Source of the DNA: a virus
Virus record (IMG/VR): IMGVR_UViG_3300005573_001011
Span: 1-64,000 of that record
DNA length: 64,000 bases
Reading direction: 5' to 3' (one strand)
Position 1 is the first letter of the stretch, and every line of letters starts with the position of its first letter. A program made the translations under genes and the position numbers. Positions 29,807 through 39,187 of the stretch are shown piece by piece. Below the pieces are notes generated by a model. That model saw nothing but the letters and a program-made list of their open reading frames with translations. It was not told where the DNA came from and made no database searches.

Positions 29807-30115
29807 ATGGAGTTGGCTTTAAGAGAACAATACATAGACCCAAGTCAGGAATCCAAAGGCGTTTGTGCAGTTTTAAAAGAGGAAGAATCTTTCGAAGTTC
29901 TGCTAAAGCGCTTTAAGAAGAAAGTACAGAAAAGTGGTATAGAAAGAGAGTTTCTCTTACGGTCAGCGTACGAAAAACCAAGTGAAAGAAAGAAGAGGAA
30001 GCGAGCAGAGAACCAAGCTCGACTAAGAAGAGAGCAGATGAAACTCGAAAAATACTTAAAGAAGAAGTACGGCCCTGGGTATGACCCAGCAGCCGACAAG
30101 AAACCACGTAGGTAA
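29807..30115 (+). CDS. rpsU: Phage-encoded ribosomal protein bS21
   Basis: ESFEVLLKRFKKKVQKSGI...YEKPSERKKRK. Confidence 0.9.
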   Translation: MELALREQYIDPSQESKGVCAVLKEEESFEVLLKRFKKKVQKSGIEREFLLRSAYEKPSERKKRKRAENQARLRREQMKLEKYLKKKYGPGYDPAADKKPRR

Positions 30116-30127
30116 GGAGGAGAAAAG

Positions 30128-30445
30128 ATGAAAGTAGTAGCTATAAATGACCACGTGATTGTTAAAGAGATTCCAAAGCAAGAGAGAATAACGAAAGGCG
30201 GTATACTCTTACCTTCGACTGCTGTAAAAGAAGAACCTAACAAATTTGGTAGAGTAATATCAGTTGGAGAAAAAGTAAAGGGAATATCACCTGGAGATAT
30301 TGTAGTCTTTGCTAGATTTGGCGGTCAAACATTTGTTGTAGAAGACGAAACTTATATCGTGTTAAAAGAACCAGAAGTTTATTGTATACTCTATGAGCGA
30401 GATGCGAGTGAAGGTATTAAGCAAGAGGTGAACTATGGCATGTGA
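30128..30445 (+). CDS. groES: Co-chaperonin GroES
   Basis: TKGGILLP, GRVISVG, GDIVVFARFGG. Confidence 0.92.
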   Translation: MKVVAINDHVIVKEIPKQERITKGGILLPSTAVKEEPNKFGRVISVGEKVKGISPGDIVVFARFGGQTFVVEDETYIVLKEPEVYCILYERDASEGIKQEVNYGM

Positions 30446-31802
30446 ATATGTATGTGCTGGTTTCGAAACTTTATCTTCTATTATAGACAAATTTACTTTA
30501 GAGAACGACAACTTTACTAAGCAGCAGGTTTCCGAGTTCTTTTCGAAAACTTGTAATAAGTTTTTGCACTCTTTCGGTGGAGGTGTATCGGGAAGAAAAA
30601 GTTTTAAGAACTATGCAAAGTCAGAAGCTGAGTTATTGCAGAAATGCAGAAGCACAGGGTTATTTGACCAGTCAATGTTTTATGTAGACAGCGGTGGCTA
30701 CCAAGTAAGTGTTGGGCAAGTTAGTGCAAACCAAGTAGACGACCTCATAGAATGCTACCATAACTTCTTACTAGAGTATTCCAATGTTTTTGACAGAGCT
30801 TTTACTCTCGACATTCCGCCAGGACCCAGATGCACGGCTTTTAGTTCGTTTGACGAAGTTTACGAACTGAACCTCAAGTCTTATCTGAAAGCTGCGAGCT
30901 TACCAGACGACGTTCGGTCTAAACTTATTTACGTCCATCACTTTAGAACTCCGAAACTATGGGAAGTGTACTCGCGAATTCTAGAAGAGAACGACTTGTT
31001 TCCTAAGTTCAGCCATTTCGGAACTGGAGGAATTGTAGCAACGAAGAGTTCTGGAATTGGTTTACCTTGCATCATTTACGTCATCCCACTAATAGTAATA
31101 CTGAAGCACGCTCTATCCTGTGGAATGAAAGAATTAGACTTTCATGTTCTTGGCGGCTCTACATACAGGGACATCATTACGTACGAGATCCTGAAAATAC
31201 ACATAGAAAAACGACTTGGAATAAAAGTAAACATTACGTACGACTCGTCTGGAGTTTTTAAGGGATTTCTGATAGCAAGAAACGTCCACCACTTAACTGA
31301 AGACGGTACTATAATAACTCTTTGCTTAAAAAGTAGTATGTTAGAGTTTATGGTAAAGGAAACCAAGAAGACAGTACTGCAAACTTTTCTTGACTTGTTA
31401 GAGCAGATGGCGGCAGAGTATAACTTCAAACCACTAAATAGAGACACTATTTACGATGAGAAAGGTGCACTCTTTAAAGATGTAGCAGTTTACTCTATGC
31501 TTTATGTTTTGAGATTCTTTTCTCTGGTAGAGAATTATGCTAAGAAGATATCTCCAGCCCTGTATGACTTGTACGAAAAGGATCCCAAGTGGAGTTTTGG
31601 TCCAGCTCTCGACGAAGTGATGATTAAGGTAAACTACGGAAAGAGAACGAAAAAACAAGAGTGGAAAACAAGTGTGCTTACAAGGTCTCTCGAACTGTTA
31701 GAAGACTTGCAAACTAACAACGTACGAAAGGTAGTAGAACAGTACTTATCGTCAGATGAGTTTACTAATTTGCTTAAAGAAGACGAGTACTACACTTTGT
31801 AA
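30435..31802 (+). CDS. TGT-fold DNA transglycosylase (DpdA-like)
   Basis: VDSGGYQ, TLDIP, YVHH, HVLG, YDSS. Same region as queE and queC. Confidence 0.75.
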   Translation: MACEYVCAGFETLSSIIDKFTLENDNFTKQQVSEFFSKTCNKFLHSFGGGVSGRKSFKNYAKSEAELLQKCRSTGLFDQSMFYVDSGGYQVSVGQVSANQVDDLIECYHNFLLEYSNVFDRAFTLDIPPGPRCTAFSSFDEVYELNLKSYLKAASLPDDVRSKLIYVHHFRTPKLWEVYSRILEENDLFPKFSHFGTGGIVATKSSGIGLPCIIYVIPLIVILKHALSCGMKELDFHVLGGSTYRDIITYEILKIHIEKRLGIKVNITYDSSGVFKGFLIARNVHHLTEDGTIITLCLKSSMLEFMVKETKKTVLQTFLDLLEQMAAEYNFKPLNRDTIYDEKGALFKDVAVYSMLYVLRFFSLVENYAKKISPALYDLYEKDPKWSFGPALDEVMIKVNYGKRTKKQEWKTSVLTRSLELLEDLQTNNVRKVVEQYLSSDEFTNLLKEDEYYTL

Positions 31803-31813
31803 AAGGAGAAGAA

Positions 31814-33295
31814 ATGATTACTGAGTCGTTCCTGAATTCCTGTTTCTCTGTTGCTTTAAATAAGACAACGAAAATCCGCAGGAACAAGAATCTTTATAGA
31901 GACATAATAGAAATTCTCGATTTTTACGAAAAAGAACAAGGTGCAGACATACCGATTTTCCTAAAAGGAAAATTCGACTGCTTGCGGTCGGTATGTGAGA
32001 TGCTTGAGCAAGGAAAAAATCCAGAGAATGTAATAGATAGTATTGTTGTCAGTGGCAAGAATAAGCAATTGCTGGACTTCCTCTACACAAAGCATACAGA
32101 GGAACTTGGCGACTCAGCATTACTAGACAACATAAATCAGGTTAGGTTAAGAAGGAAGTTAATATTTTTGCTGTCAAACTTCGACAAGTTAAACGATCTC
32201 GTAACGAGCATAAAAGATAGCTCGTTCGACTCATTAGATGAAGTTATCCAAGACTACGAAGAAGTAGTTAGATCTCTGTACTCAAACTTGATGGAGCAAA
32301 GTCGTATCGTTTCTATAGAAGCTTCGTCATCTTTAGACTTAGGAAAAGACGACTACTCAGATGTTGTGGCTCTTATAAAGAAGAAGTACGAAACTGTTAA
32401 CGTAACACCGACTGGTTTTAGTGTTCTTGATGGCGAAGTATTTAACGGTGGTTTCGAACCATCTAGACTCTATGTCTTCGCTGGAGGTACTGGATCTGGC
32501 AAGTCGACTTTGCTAAATAACTTTATTATTAATTCCGCAACTTCAGACAAAGTTTTTCTAAAAAGTCCGAAAAGAGTTTATGTCTACGTCACGCTGGAAA
32601 ATACAATAGAAGAAGCTCTGCTAAGAACTTACCAGTGCTTGTTTGACAAAACTCTTGTGGAAGTGCTACAAAGCCTTAGCAGCAAAGACCCAAGACAGGG
32701 TGCTGCCGAGATTAGGGATAATATTGTAAATCACTTGAACAAGACTAATAGTACTATAGTTATGAAGTACTTCCCGCCGATGACAGTCAGTGTAGTTGAT
32801 CTAATGATGGCTCTCGACGATGTAGTAATCGACTACGGAAAAGACTCGATTGCTGGTCTTTTTGTCGACTACTTAGACTTATTACGAACGAACGTCAAGT
32901 TTGACATGTACAGGCTAGAACTGGGTTATATAACTCTGGCTTTAAAAGCGTTGGCTGTTAGCTACAATATTCCAGTTATAACTGCCACACAACTTAATAG
33001 AGACGTTTATAGAGTAAACGATGCTAGGTCCTTATTCTTAGACCACGTGTCTGAGTCGATAAAGAAGGTAGAACACGCGGATTGCGTTTGTCTCTTAAAT
33101 AAAGATCCATCTGACGACAAACTTATCCATATGAAAGTTGGTAAAAACAGAAGCGGCAGGTCGAACGTAGCTTTAGAGTTTAGAGTAGACTTTTCTAGAT
33201 TTAAGTTTCTAAATGGATACAAGTTAGAGAGGAGAGCTGATAAAGATGAAGTTGTGGCTACATTTACAGGTTTTAGAGAGATTTCGTCTTTCTAG
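31814..33295 (+). CDS. dnaB: DnaB/gp41-like replicative helicase
   Basis: Walker A GGTGSGKS, TLE, VDYLD, ATQLNR, KNRSG. Confidence 0.92.
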   Translation: MITESFLNSCFSVALNKTTKIRRNKNLYRDIIEILDFYEKEQGADIPIFLKGKFDCLRSVCEMLEQGKNPENVIDSIVVSGKNKQLLDFLYTKHTEELGDSALLDNINQVRLRRKLIFLLSNFDKLNDLVTSIKDSSFDSLDEVIQDYEEVVRSLYSNLMEQSRIVSIEASSSLDLGKDDYSDVVALIKKKYETVNVTPTGFSVLDGEVFNGGFEPSRLYVFAGGTGSGKSTLLNNFIINSATSDKVFLKSPKRVYVYVTLENTIEEALLRTYQCLFDKTLVEVLQSLSSKDPRQGAAEIRDNIVNHLNKTNSTIVMKYFPPMTVSVVDLMMALDDVVIDYGKDSIAGLFVDYLDLLRTNVKFDMYRLELGYITLALKALAVSYNIPVITATQLNRDVYRVNDARSLFLDHVSESIKKVEHADCVCLLNKDPSDDKLIHMKVGKNRSGRSNVALEFRVDFSRFKFLNGYKLERRADKDEVVATFTGFREISSF

Positions 33296-33398
33296 ATCAG
33301 ATCTGTTTTTTGCCTTCGAGAGTAGTTTAGCAAAGAACAAATAATAAACTCGAAAGAGCAGATCTCGCTTTTTTTCGTAAAAGTAGGAGGATAAAAAC

Positions 33399-34424
33399 AT
33401 GAAAAAAGTGTCTTATATTGACTTGCTAAAAGAAGCTATTGCGGAATATGATGCGAAGAGTTTAGATTATCGTGGTCCAATGATCGACTCTATCCTCACT
33501 TTCGATGGTAGTACCGAACTGAAAACTAACGAACCCTCAGACATAGCTTCTGTTCTCGAGAGATATTACTTTAGAGAAGAAAGTGAAGAAGGAGTTCCTG
33601 TTCCTGAAGAAGAGAAGAACGAAATCAAGACGGGAGAAGAGCCTGAAGATGTGGAAGCTACTAAGAAAGACATCGAAAAAGAGTTGACAGAAGACGAGCT
33701 TCCTGGAGCAGAAAAGCAGATAAGCGGTGGAACTGGAGCACAGGCTGGTGTTGAAGTGGGGGAAGACGAAGAGGAGGCAAAACCAGCTGATGTAGCTGGC
33801 GCTGTGGCAGAAGAAGCTGTCCTCGAGCGTCTTATAGCTGAAATGGAAGAAGAAGAAGAGAAAGAGAAAGAAAAGGAAGAAGAGAAAGAAAAGGAAGAGG
33901 AAGAAGAAGAAGGAGAAGAGAAAGAAGAAAAGAAAAAGAAAACTTCTGAGTCTAAACTTGGCCCACTGAAAACTCCGCGCGACGAAGAGTTAGAAGAAGC
34001 TTTCGAAATCTTCAAAGAACAGATTGAAGTTGAAGAGCCTGAAAAAGAAGAAGAGGAAGAAGAAGAGTTAGACGTAGATAAAGAAGTTGAGGCACCTGAA
34101 GAGGAAGAAGAGCCTGAGGAAGAAGAAGTAGAAGAGGATGAGGAACCTGAGGAAGAAGTAGAAGAGGATGAGGAACCTGAAGAGGAAGAAGAGCCTGAGG
34201 AAGAAGAGGAAGAAGAGAAGGAAGAAGAAGAAGTAGAAGAGGATGAGGAACCTGAGGAAGAAGTAGAAGAGGATGAGGAACCTGAAGAGGAAGAAGAGCC
34301 TGAGGAAGAAGAGGAAGAAGAGAAGGAAGAAGAAGTAGAAGAGGATGAGGAACCTGAAGAAGAGGAAGAAGAAGAGGAAGAAGAAGAGGAAGAAGAGCCT
34401 GAGGAAGAGGAAGAGGAAGAATAA
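33399..34424 (+). CDS. Highly acidic Glu-rich protein (possible scaffold/core protein)
   Basis: AGGAGG RBS, poly-Glu C-terminal half, located upstream of the head module. Confidence 0.75.
   Translation: MKKVSYIDLLKEAIAEYDAKSLDYRGPMIDSILTFDGSTELKTNEPSDIASVLERYYFREESEEGVPVPEEEKNEIKTGEEPEDVEATKKDIEKELTEDELPGAEKQISGGTGAQAGVEVGEDEEEAKPADVAGAVAEEAVLERLIAEMEEEEEKEKEKEEEKEKEEEEEEGEEKEEKKKKTSESKLGPLKTPRDEELEEAFEIFKEQIEVEEPEKEEEEEEELDVDKEVEAPEEEEEPEEEEVEEDEEPEEEVEEDEEPEEEEEPEEEEEEEKEEEEVEEDEEPEEEVEEDEEPEEEEEPEEEEEEEKEEEVEEDEEPEEEEEEEEEEEEEEPEEEEEEE
34090..34421 (+). repeat. Tandem repeats, including a 105-bp duplicated unit, encoding poly-Glu
   Basis: aagtagaagaggatgaggaacctga recurs at 34126, 34156, 34231, 34261 and 34333. 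Confidence 0.8.
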
Positions 34425-34461
34425 CCTCTCAAGGTAGCTTCTTAGCAAAAAAAAGAGTTTC

Positions 34462-34500
34462 AAGTGGATTTCTGGTTTCTCAGGAATCCACTTTTTTTTT
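34462..34500 (+). terminator. Intrinsic terminator
   Basis: aagtggatttctg-gtttct-caggaatccactt followed by a poly-T run. Confidence 0.8.
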
Positions 34501-34510
34501 CGAATCTTGT

Positions 34511-35089
34511 ATGAGCAACGATTTTGAGACGAAGTTCAAGATTAGAGTTACAAATGGCGGAACTATCTTCTTCAAGAACAAGCTTGTTCGTACTCCCTTC
34601 GAAGCAACAGTTTCTACTTCTGACTTAAACTCTCTTAAAGCTTTAGCGAGAGTAGAAATACAACACACGGAAGTTTACCAAGCGAAAGTGCTGAAAGACG
34701 AAGATAGAGAGCCTAGTTTAATTATAGTACAGCCGAAAAAAGTTTTACATCGACCGCGAAAACGAGTGGATGTCAGATCTGGCAACGTTTTCAGAAAAGA
34801 ATCTTTCCATCTCACAGCAAAACAGAACAAAGAAGCACTAGCTGCTTTAAGAGCTCCCTTGAGGATAGTCGAGGAAAGCCAACCACTTGAAAACATTAGA
34901 GTTGAAGAACAGTTAAAGAACGTAGAAAGCAAGTACGAGGGTAATACACAAGAAAGAAGTCTAAAAGAACAAGCAAAGAATATAGAGAGTAAGCATAATT
35001 TACAAGAGAAAACTTTAGAAGTGAAAATAGAAGAGTTAGAAGAAATGTACAATCGTCTTGAAGAATTCTCTGGGAAGGAGATCTTATAG
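34511..35089 (+). CDS. Hypothetical protein
   Basis: 192-aa ORF with a coiled-coil C-terminus. Confidence 0.6.
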   Translation: MSNDFETKFKIRVTNGGTIFFKNKLVRTPFEATVSTSDLNSLKALARVEIQHTEVYQAKVLKDEDREPSLIIVQPKKVLHRPRKRVDVRSGNVFRKESFHLTAKQNKEALAALRAPLRIVEESQPLENIRVEEQLKNVESKYEGNTQERSLKEQAKNIESKHNLQEKTLEVKIEELEEMYNRLEEFSGKEIL

Positions 35090-35325
35090 TGAGAAAGATA
35101 ACGATTGCACAAGAAAACGGTTTAATCGAGATAGCAGACGAAGATAATACATCGTTAGAAGAGTGCATAAAAGAGTTGTCTAAGATCTTTTCTGCCCAGA
35201 ATGTGGTTCTATTAGAGTCAAGCGAAACCAGTGTGCTCCTAAGACCGTCAAAGGTTCTATGGATTAGCATCAAGAATGTAAAACCGAAACAAGAAGAAGA
35301 CATTGTTACAGATGAGGAAATTTAG
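35089..35325 (+). CDS. Small hypothetical protein
   Basis: AAGGAG RBS and GTG start coupled to the upstream stop. Confidence 0.6.
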   Translation: MRKITIAQENGLIEIADEDNTSLEECIKELSKIFSAQNVVLLESSETSVLLRPSKVLWISIKNVKPKQEEDIVTDEEI

Positions 35326-35327
35326 AA

Positions 35328-35786
35328 ATGCTTGAAGTATATATAGTAACTAGTTTTTCTGTTCTCGCTGCGTTAGCAGCTTTTCTAGTGAAGAGTGCTA
35401 TTTCTCAAAAAAGGCAACTAGAGATGGTTAAGAACTTTGATTCTTATGCTACTTTGCTAGAATACTACATGTCAAAAGCGTACGAGATTATCTATAAGGA
35501 AAGAATTCTCGTCTACTCACTCGAAGGAATGAAGATAGATGAGCAGACTTTCTCAGTGTGTTGTACGGATTTCGCTAACTTAGTGTTAAAGCTTATTGGT
35601 CCAAAGTTAACTAATGAACTTTCTTCGTTTTACGGAGATAGAAGTACTCTTTTCTTTAATATTTTGCAGTACTTTCAGTCTCGAATAGAAGATGATGCAG
35701 TTAGAGAGAAGATTAAAGAGCAGATTATGTCTTCCGAATTAGAAGTTGATTCACAATCTCAGCAGAGTGGAGCAGCAAAACAATGA
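35328..35786 (+). CDS. Membrane-anchored hypothetical protein
   Basis: N-terminal TM segment VYIVTSFSVLAALAAFLV. Confidence 0.65.
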   Translation: MLEVYIVTSFSVLAALAAFLVKSAISQKRQLEMVKNFDSYATLLEYYMSKAYEIIYKERILVYSLEGMKIDEQTFSVCCTDFANLVLKLIGPKLTNELSSFYGDRSTLFFNILQYFQSRIEDDAVREKIKEQIMSSELEVDSQSQQSGAAKQ

Positions 35787-36682
35787 GTGACCTTCTTTCG
35801 GATTACCTTTCTTACTTAAATGAGCAGGGTGTAGCTGGGCGGTTAGCTCGAGCTACTGCTACTTATGCTCGAGGAGCAGCCAGAAGAACAGCTGCATATT
35901 TCTCGCCTCGAACTGTGGGTAAAGAACTAGCGCCCAAAGCTGTGGCTACTACTGCTAAAGCCGCAGCAAAAGCAAGTATCAGTTGGTATCTGGCTCTCGT
36001 TCCAGGTGCATGGACAGCGTGGAGACTTGCTCAAGCGATGTTTAGTCAAGCTGCTAGAAAGTGCGGTGTTTTCTCAGCGGGACCAGGGAGAAAGCTGTGC
36101 ATTTTGAGAGAGAAAATTCGTGCTTTAGAACAGCAAATAAGATTGCTAAAAGCGGCTAGAACTCAGTGTTCTTCTAAAGCAGCTAATCCAGAGGTGTGTA
36201 GAAGTCAGCTTGATGCTAAAATACAAGAACTTGAGTCTAAATTACTAAGTTTGCAGATGCAAAAACAGTCTACTGAAGCTTTACCAGAGTCGACAACAGT
36301 TGTTGACGAAGGTATTGCAGCACTAGGTCTCTTTGTACTTTTCGGACTAGTTGTAGACAAAATTCTATTTCTTGCATGGAGAACTTTACGAGCAGCGTTC
36401 GACAAAGACTTGAGAAGATGCGGTATTTACAAAGACACAGACGAACATAAGTTATGCGTTTACACAGCGAGACTAAAGTTCTTAAGGAGTAAAGCTTCTT
36501 TCTTTATGAGATTAATGAGAGAATGTCCAAAGCAGAAAGATCCAGATAAATGCAGGGAGAAATTAAGGAAGAAGATACAAGAGTTGCAACCACAAATCCA
36601 GCGTCAACTTGATAATATCTCTGTCGTAAAGAGACAGATACAAGATAAAAAAGCAGCAGAAGCTATAACGGGAGGAGCTTAA
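35783..36682 (+). CDS. Putative internal head protein with two TM+4Cys helical repeats
   Basis: N-terminal YLNEQ. Two copies of hydrophobic segment followed by RKC/RRC..C..C-x5/6-P-xx-C. Confidence 0.6.
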   Translation: MSDLLSDYLSYLNEQGVAGRLARATATYARGAARRTAAYFSPRTVGKELAPKAVATTAKAAAKASISWYLALVPGAWTAWRLAQAMFSQAARKCGVFSAGPGRKLCILREKIRALEQQIRLLKAARTQCSSKAANPEVCRSQLDAKIQELESKLLSLQMQKQSTEALPESTTVVDEGIAALGLFVLFGLVVDKILFLAWRTLRAAFDKDLRRCGIYKDTDEHKLCVYTARLKFLRSKASFFMRLMRECPKQKDPDKCREKLRKKIQELQPQIQRQLDNISVVKRQIQDKKAAEAITGGA

Positions 36683-36685
36683 AAA

Positions 36686-37276
36686 ATGAGATATGAGAGG
36701 CTTATTGAATTGTATCTAAAAGACCTCAAGCAAACCTATTTAAGAGAGCAAGGCGAACTGCAGAAGTTGCTATTCTTAAGGAACATGAGAAAAGTTATTA
36801 CATATATTCTTGCTTCAAGTGAAGACAGAGCAGTACTCTTAGAGAAGCATCCAGAGTTAAGCAAAATAATTAAAAGTTCATTGTTTAAGAGAATACGTGA
36901 CGAAGTAAGAGCTAAGGCTCTTACTACAGAACATGGTGTTAGAGACATTATCTTGAAACATTTGCAGAAAACGAAACAGTTTGCCATTGCGAAAAAGGGG
37001 TCACTAATTGTTGCTAGCGGAGCGATAGCAGCTGCGATTGCTATTTACAAAAAGTATTTCTCAGCCGTAGCTAGAGCATGTAGAGGAAAAACAGGGGCAG
37101 AGAAGGTAGAATGTCTAAAACAGTTTAGAATTAACGCTCTAAGAGCTAAACTATCTTATCTGAATGCATCACTTTCAAAGTGCTCTCAATCTGACGACCC
37201 AATGACGTGCAGAAAGAAAATTCAAGACTATATGGAAGGAGTGCAGAAGCAGATCAGAAAGTTAGAATCTAAGTGA
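36686..37276 (+). CDS. Paralog of the preceding protein (one TM+4Cys unit)
   Basis: YLREQ; AIAAAIAI...RACRG...EC...KCSQSDDPMTC. Confidence 0.6.
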   Translation: MRYERLIELYLKDLKQTYLREQGELQKLLFLRNMRKVITYILASSEDRAVLLEKHPELSKIIKSSLFKRIRDEVRAKALTTEHGVRDIILKHLQKTKQFAIAKKGSLIVASGAIAAAIAIYKKYFSAVARACRGKTGAEKVECLKQFRINALRAKLSYLNASLSKCSQSDDPMTCRKKIQDYMEGVQKQIRKLESK

Positions 37277-37291
37277 GAGGGAGACTATTAA

Positions 37292-39187
37292 ATGCCACTG
37301 AAAGACATATTCTCTAAGCTTAAAACGTCGATTGTTGGAACGAAGACGAAAGACATAGACACGAAACTTGATAAAGCAATTAAAGATATTTCTGCGTACA
37401 GATCGCAAGCTAGTAGGAACGGATACATTGAGTTAGTAAGGTCTCTAATCGCTAAGACGAGTCAAGTTGATTTGCAACCTAGCTTCTTTGCTACAAGTAG
37501 TTCTCCAGCTGCTCTAGGGCAAGGCGGTAGATTAATGAGATATAAGAGTTATGAAGCTATCGTTGGTAACATAAATTATTGTCACAGAGCTCTAAATGTA
37601 CTTGCAGACAACATTCTTTCCCCAGACGATATTACTAAAACTTCTTTAGAAGTTAAGAGTAAGAAAGTTACACAAGACGACGTTCAAGCTGAAGCTAAAG
37701 TAAGTAGAGTACGAGACGTCATACGAGCTCTTAAACTAGAGGAACGCCTTGATATTATTGTAAAAAATACTTTAAAGTTTGGGGACTTTTTCTGTGAGAT
37801 AGCAGACACTAAGACAGCTCTTACTAGTAAGTCTTTACTAATGGAACACTATCGAGGCTACAGAGAATCTTTCGAAACTGGAACTAGAGAAAAGCTTAAT
37901 GTAGAAGTGAGCTTAAACAGTAAGGAAAAGCAACAAGTTAAGATTATATTAGACTACTCTTCGGATACAGATACAGAGGAAAAGAAAGTAGATATGAAAG
38001 ATCTCCATCTACTGTTCTACGAACCAAGGAGAGTCGTGAAATTACAAAGCGACATGTTTCCTTTATGCTTTGGATATCTCGTTTTTCCAGAAGCTGTAAT
38101 ATCTCCGCATTTAGCTATACAGAACCAAGTCGTAAACTCTATTTGCCAGTCTATTTTGAAGAGTCTAGAGAAAAAGATACCTCAAATTGAAGATGACATC
38201 TTTAACGACAAAGAACTTAGAGATATTATTTCTGCAGTAATAGCTGAGTCAGACTTTTCAAGAGCACTTTCGATCAGATTCGTTCCACCGCATAAAATGG
38301 TCCACTTTATGGTTCCATCTACTAAGTATTATCCATACGGGGAGTCAATTTTCGATGCAACCCAGTTTACTTCGAAAGTTCTTATAGCTCTTGAAACTGC
38401 ACTAACAATCCATAGGATAAACAGGTCTACAGAAAAGAGAAAGATTACGGTAGAAGTTGGTCTGCCAAGAGACGCAAAAACTGCTATCGAAAAACTGAAA
38501 GAAGAATTCAGAAAGAGAAAAGTTAGTATAGATTCTTTTGGAACTGTTGATACTATTCCTTCTACTATAACTACGTTCGAAGACGTTTACATACCGCAAA
38601 AAGACGGCAAACCATATGTAGACATTGCTACTTTTAACGAAGGTATGGTTGACGTAAGAAGCAAAGTCGATGAGCTGCGATTTATGCGTGACTCTATAGT
38701 GGCTTCTTTAGGTGTTCCTCCTGCGTTTCTTGGGTTGGAAGAGAACCTATCGAATAAGGCCGCTCTGGCTGAAGAAAATATTCTATTTGCCAGAACTATC
38801 GTCAATCACCAGAAGTACTTGGGCGCTCAGATTACTGAGTTACTTCGTAAGACTTTTGATTTAATCGATCCTGATAATTCTTCTACTATCTTCGAAGAAG
38901 TAGATGTCGCGTTTTCTATTCCACGTTCTTTGCAGTTTGAAAGAGAGAGTAAATATATGTCCGATTTGTCTAATCTGGTGCAGACACTCTCCACACTTGG
39001 TATTCCGACGGACTGGGCCAAGAAAAAGTACTTACCTAATATTGACTGGGCAGAGGTAAAGAAAGCTGAGATAGACTCGAAAATTGATCAGACATTGGGA
39101 ACTGAGCCACCTGAAGGAATGGGTGGTGGCGGAGGGATGGGCGGTCTAGGTGGTGCTTTACCTCCAACTGGTCCTGGACTAGTGTAA
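37292..39187 (+). CDS. Portal protein (T4 gp20-like)
   Basis: FGDFF, YGESIF, HRINRSTEKR, EDVYIP, LGVPPAFLG, FARTI. Confidence 0.85.
   Translation: MPLKDIFSKLKTSIVGTKTKDIDTKLDKAIKDISAYRSQASRNGYIELVRSLIAKTSQVDLQPSFFATSSSPAALGQGGRLMRYKSYEAIVGNINYCHRALNVLADNILSPDDITKTSLEVKSKKVTQDDVQAEAKVSRVRDVIRALKLEERLDIIVKNTLKFGDFFCEIADTKTALTSKSLLMEHYRGYRESFETGTREKLNVEVSLNSKEKQQVKIILDYSSDTDTEEKKVDMKDLHLLFYEPRRVVKLQSDMFPLCFGYLVFPEAVISPHLAIQNQVVNSICQSILKSLEKKIPQIEDDIFNDKELRDIISAVIAESDFSRALSIRFVPPHKMVHFMVPSTKYYPYGESIFDATQFTSKVLIALETALTIHRINRSTEKRKITVEVGLPRDAKTAIEKLKEEFRKRKVSIDSFGTVDTIPSTITTFEDVYIPQKDGKPYVDIATFNEGMVDVRSKVDELRFMRDSIVASLGVPPAFLGLEENLSNKAALAEENILFARTIVNHQKYLGAQITELLRKTFDLIDPDNSSTIFEEVDVAFSIPRSLQFERESKYMSDLSNLVQTLSTLGIPTDWAKKKYLPNIDWAEVKKAEIDSKIDQTLGTEPPEGMGGGGGMGGLGGALPPTGPGLV

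Noticed and set aside
33566-34463. Ser-rich (288 aa) and Phe/Leu-rich (131 aa) minus-strand ORFs
   Set aside because: They are antisense shadows of the GAA/GAG poly-Glu repeat.
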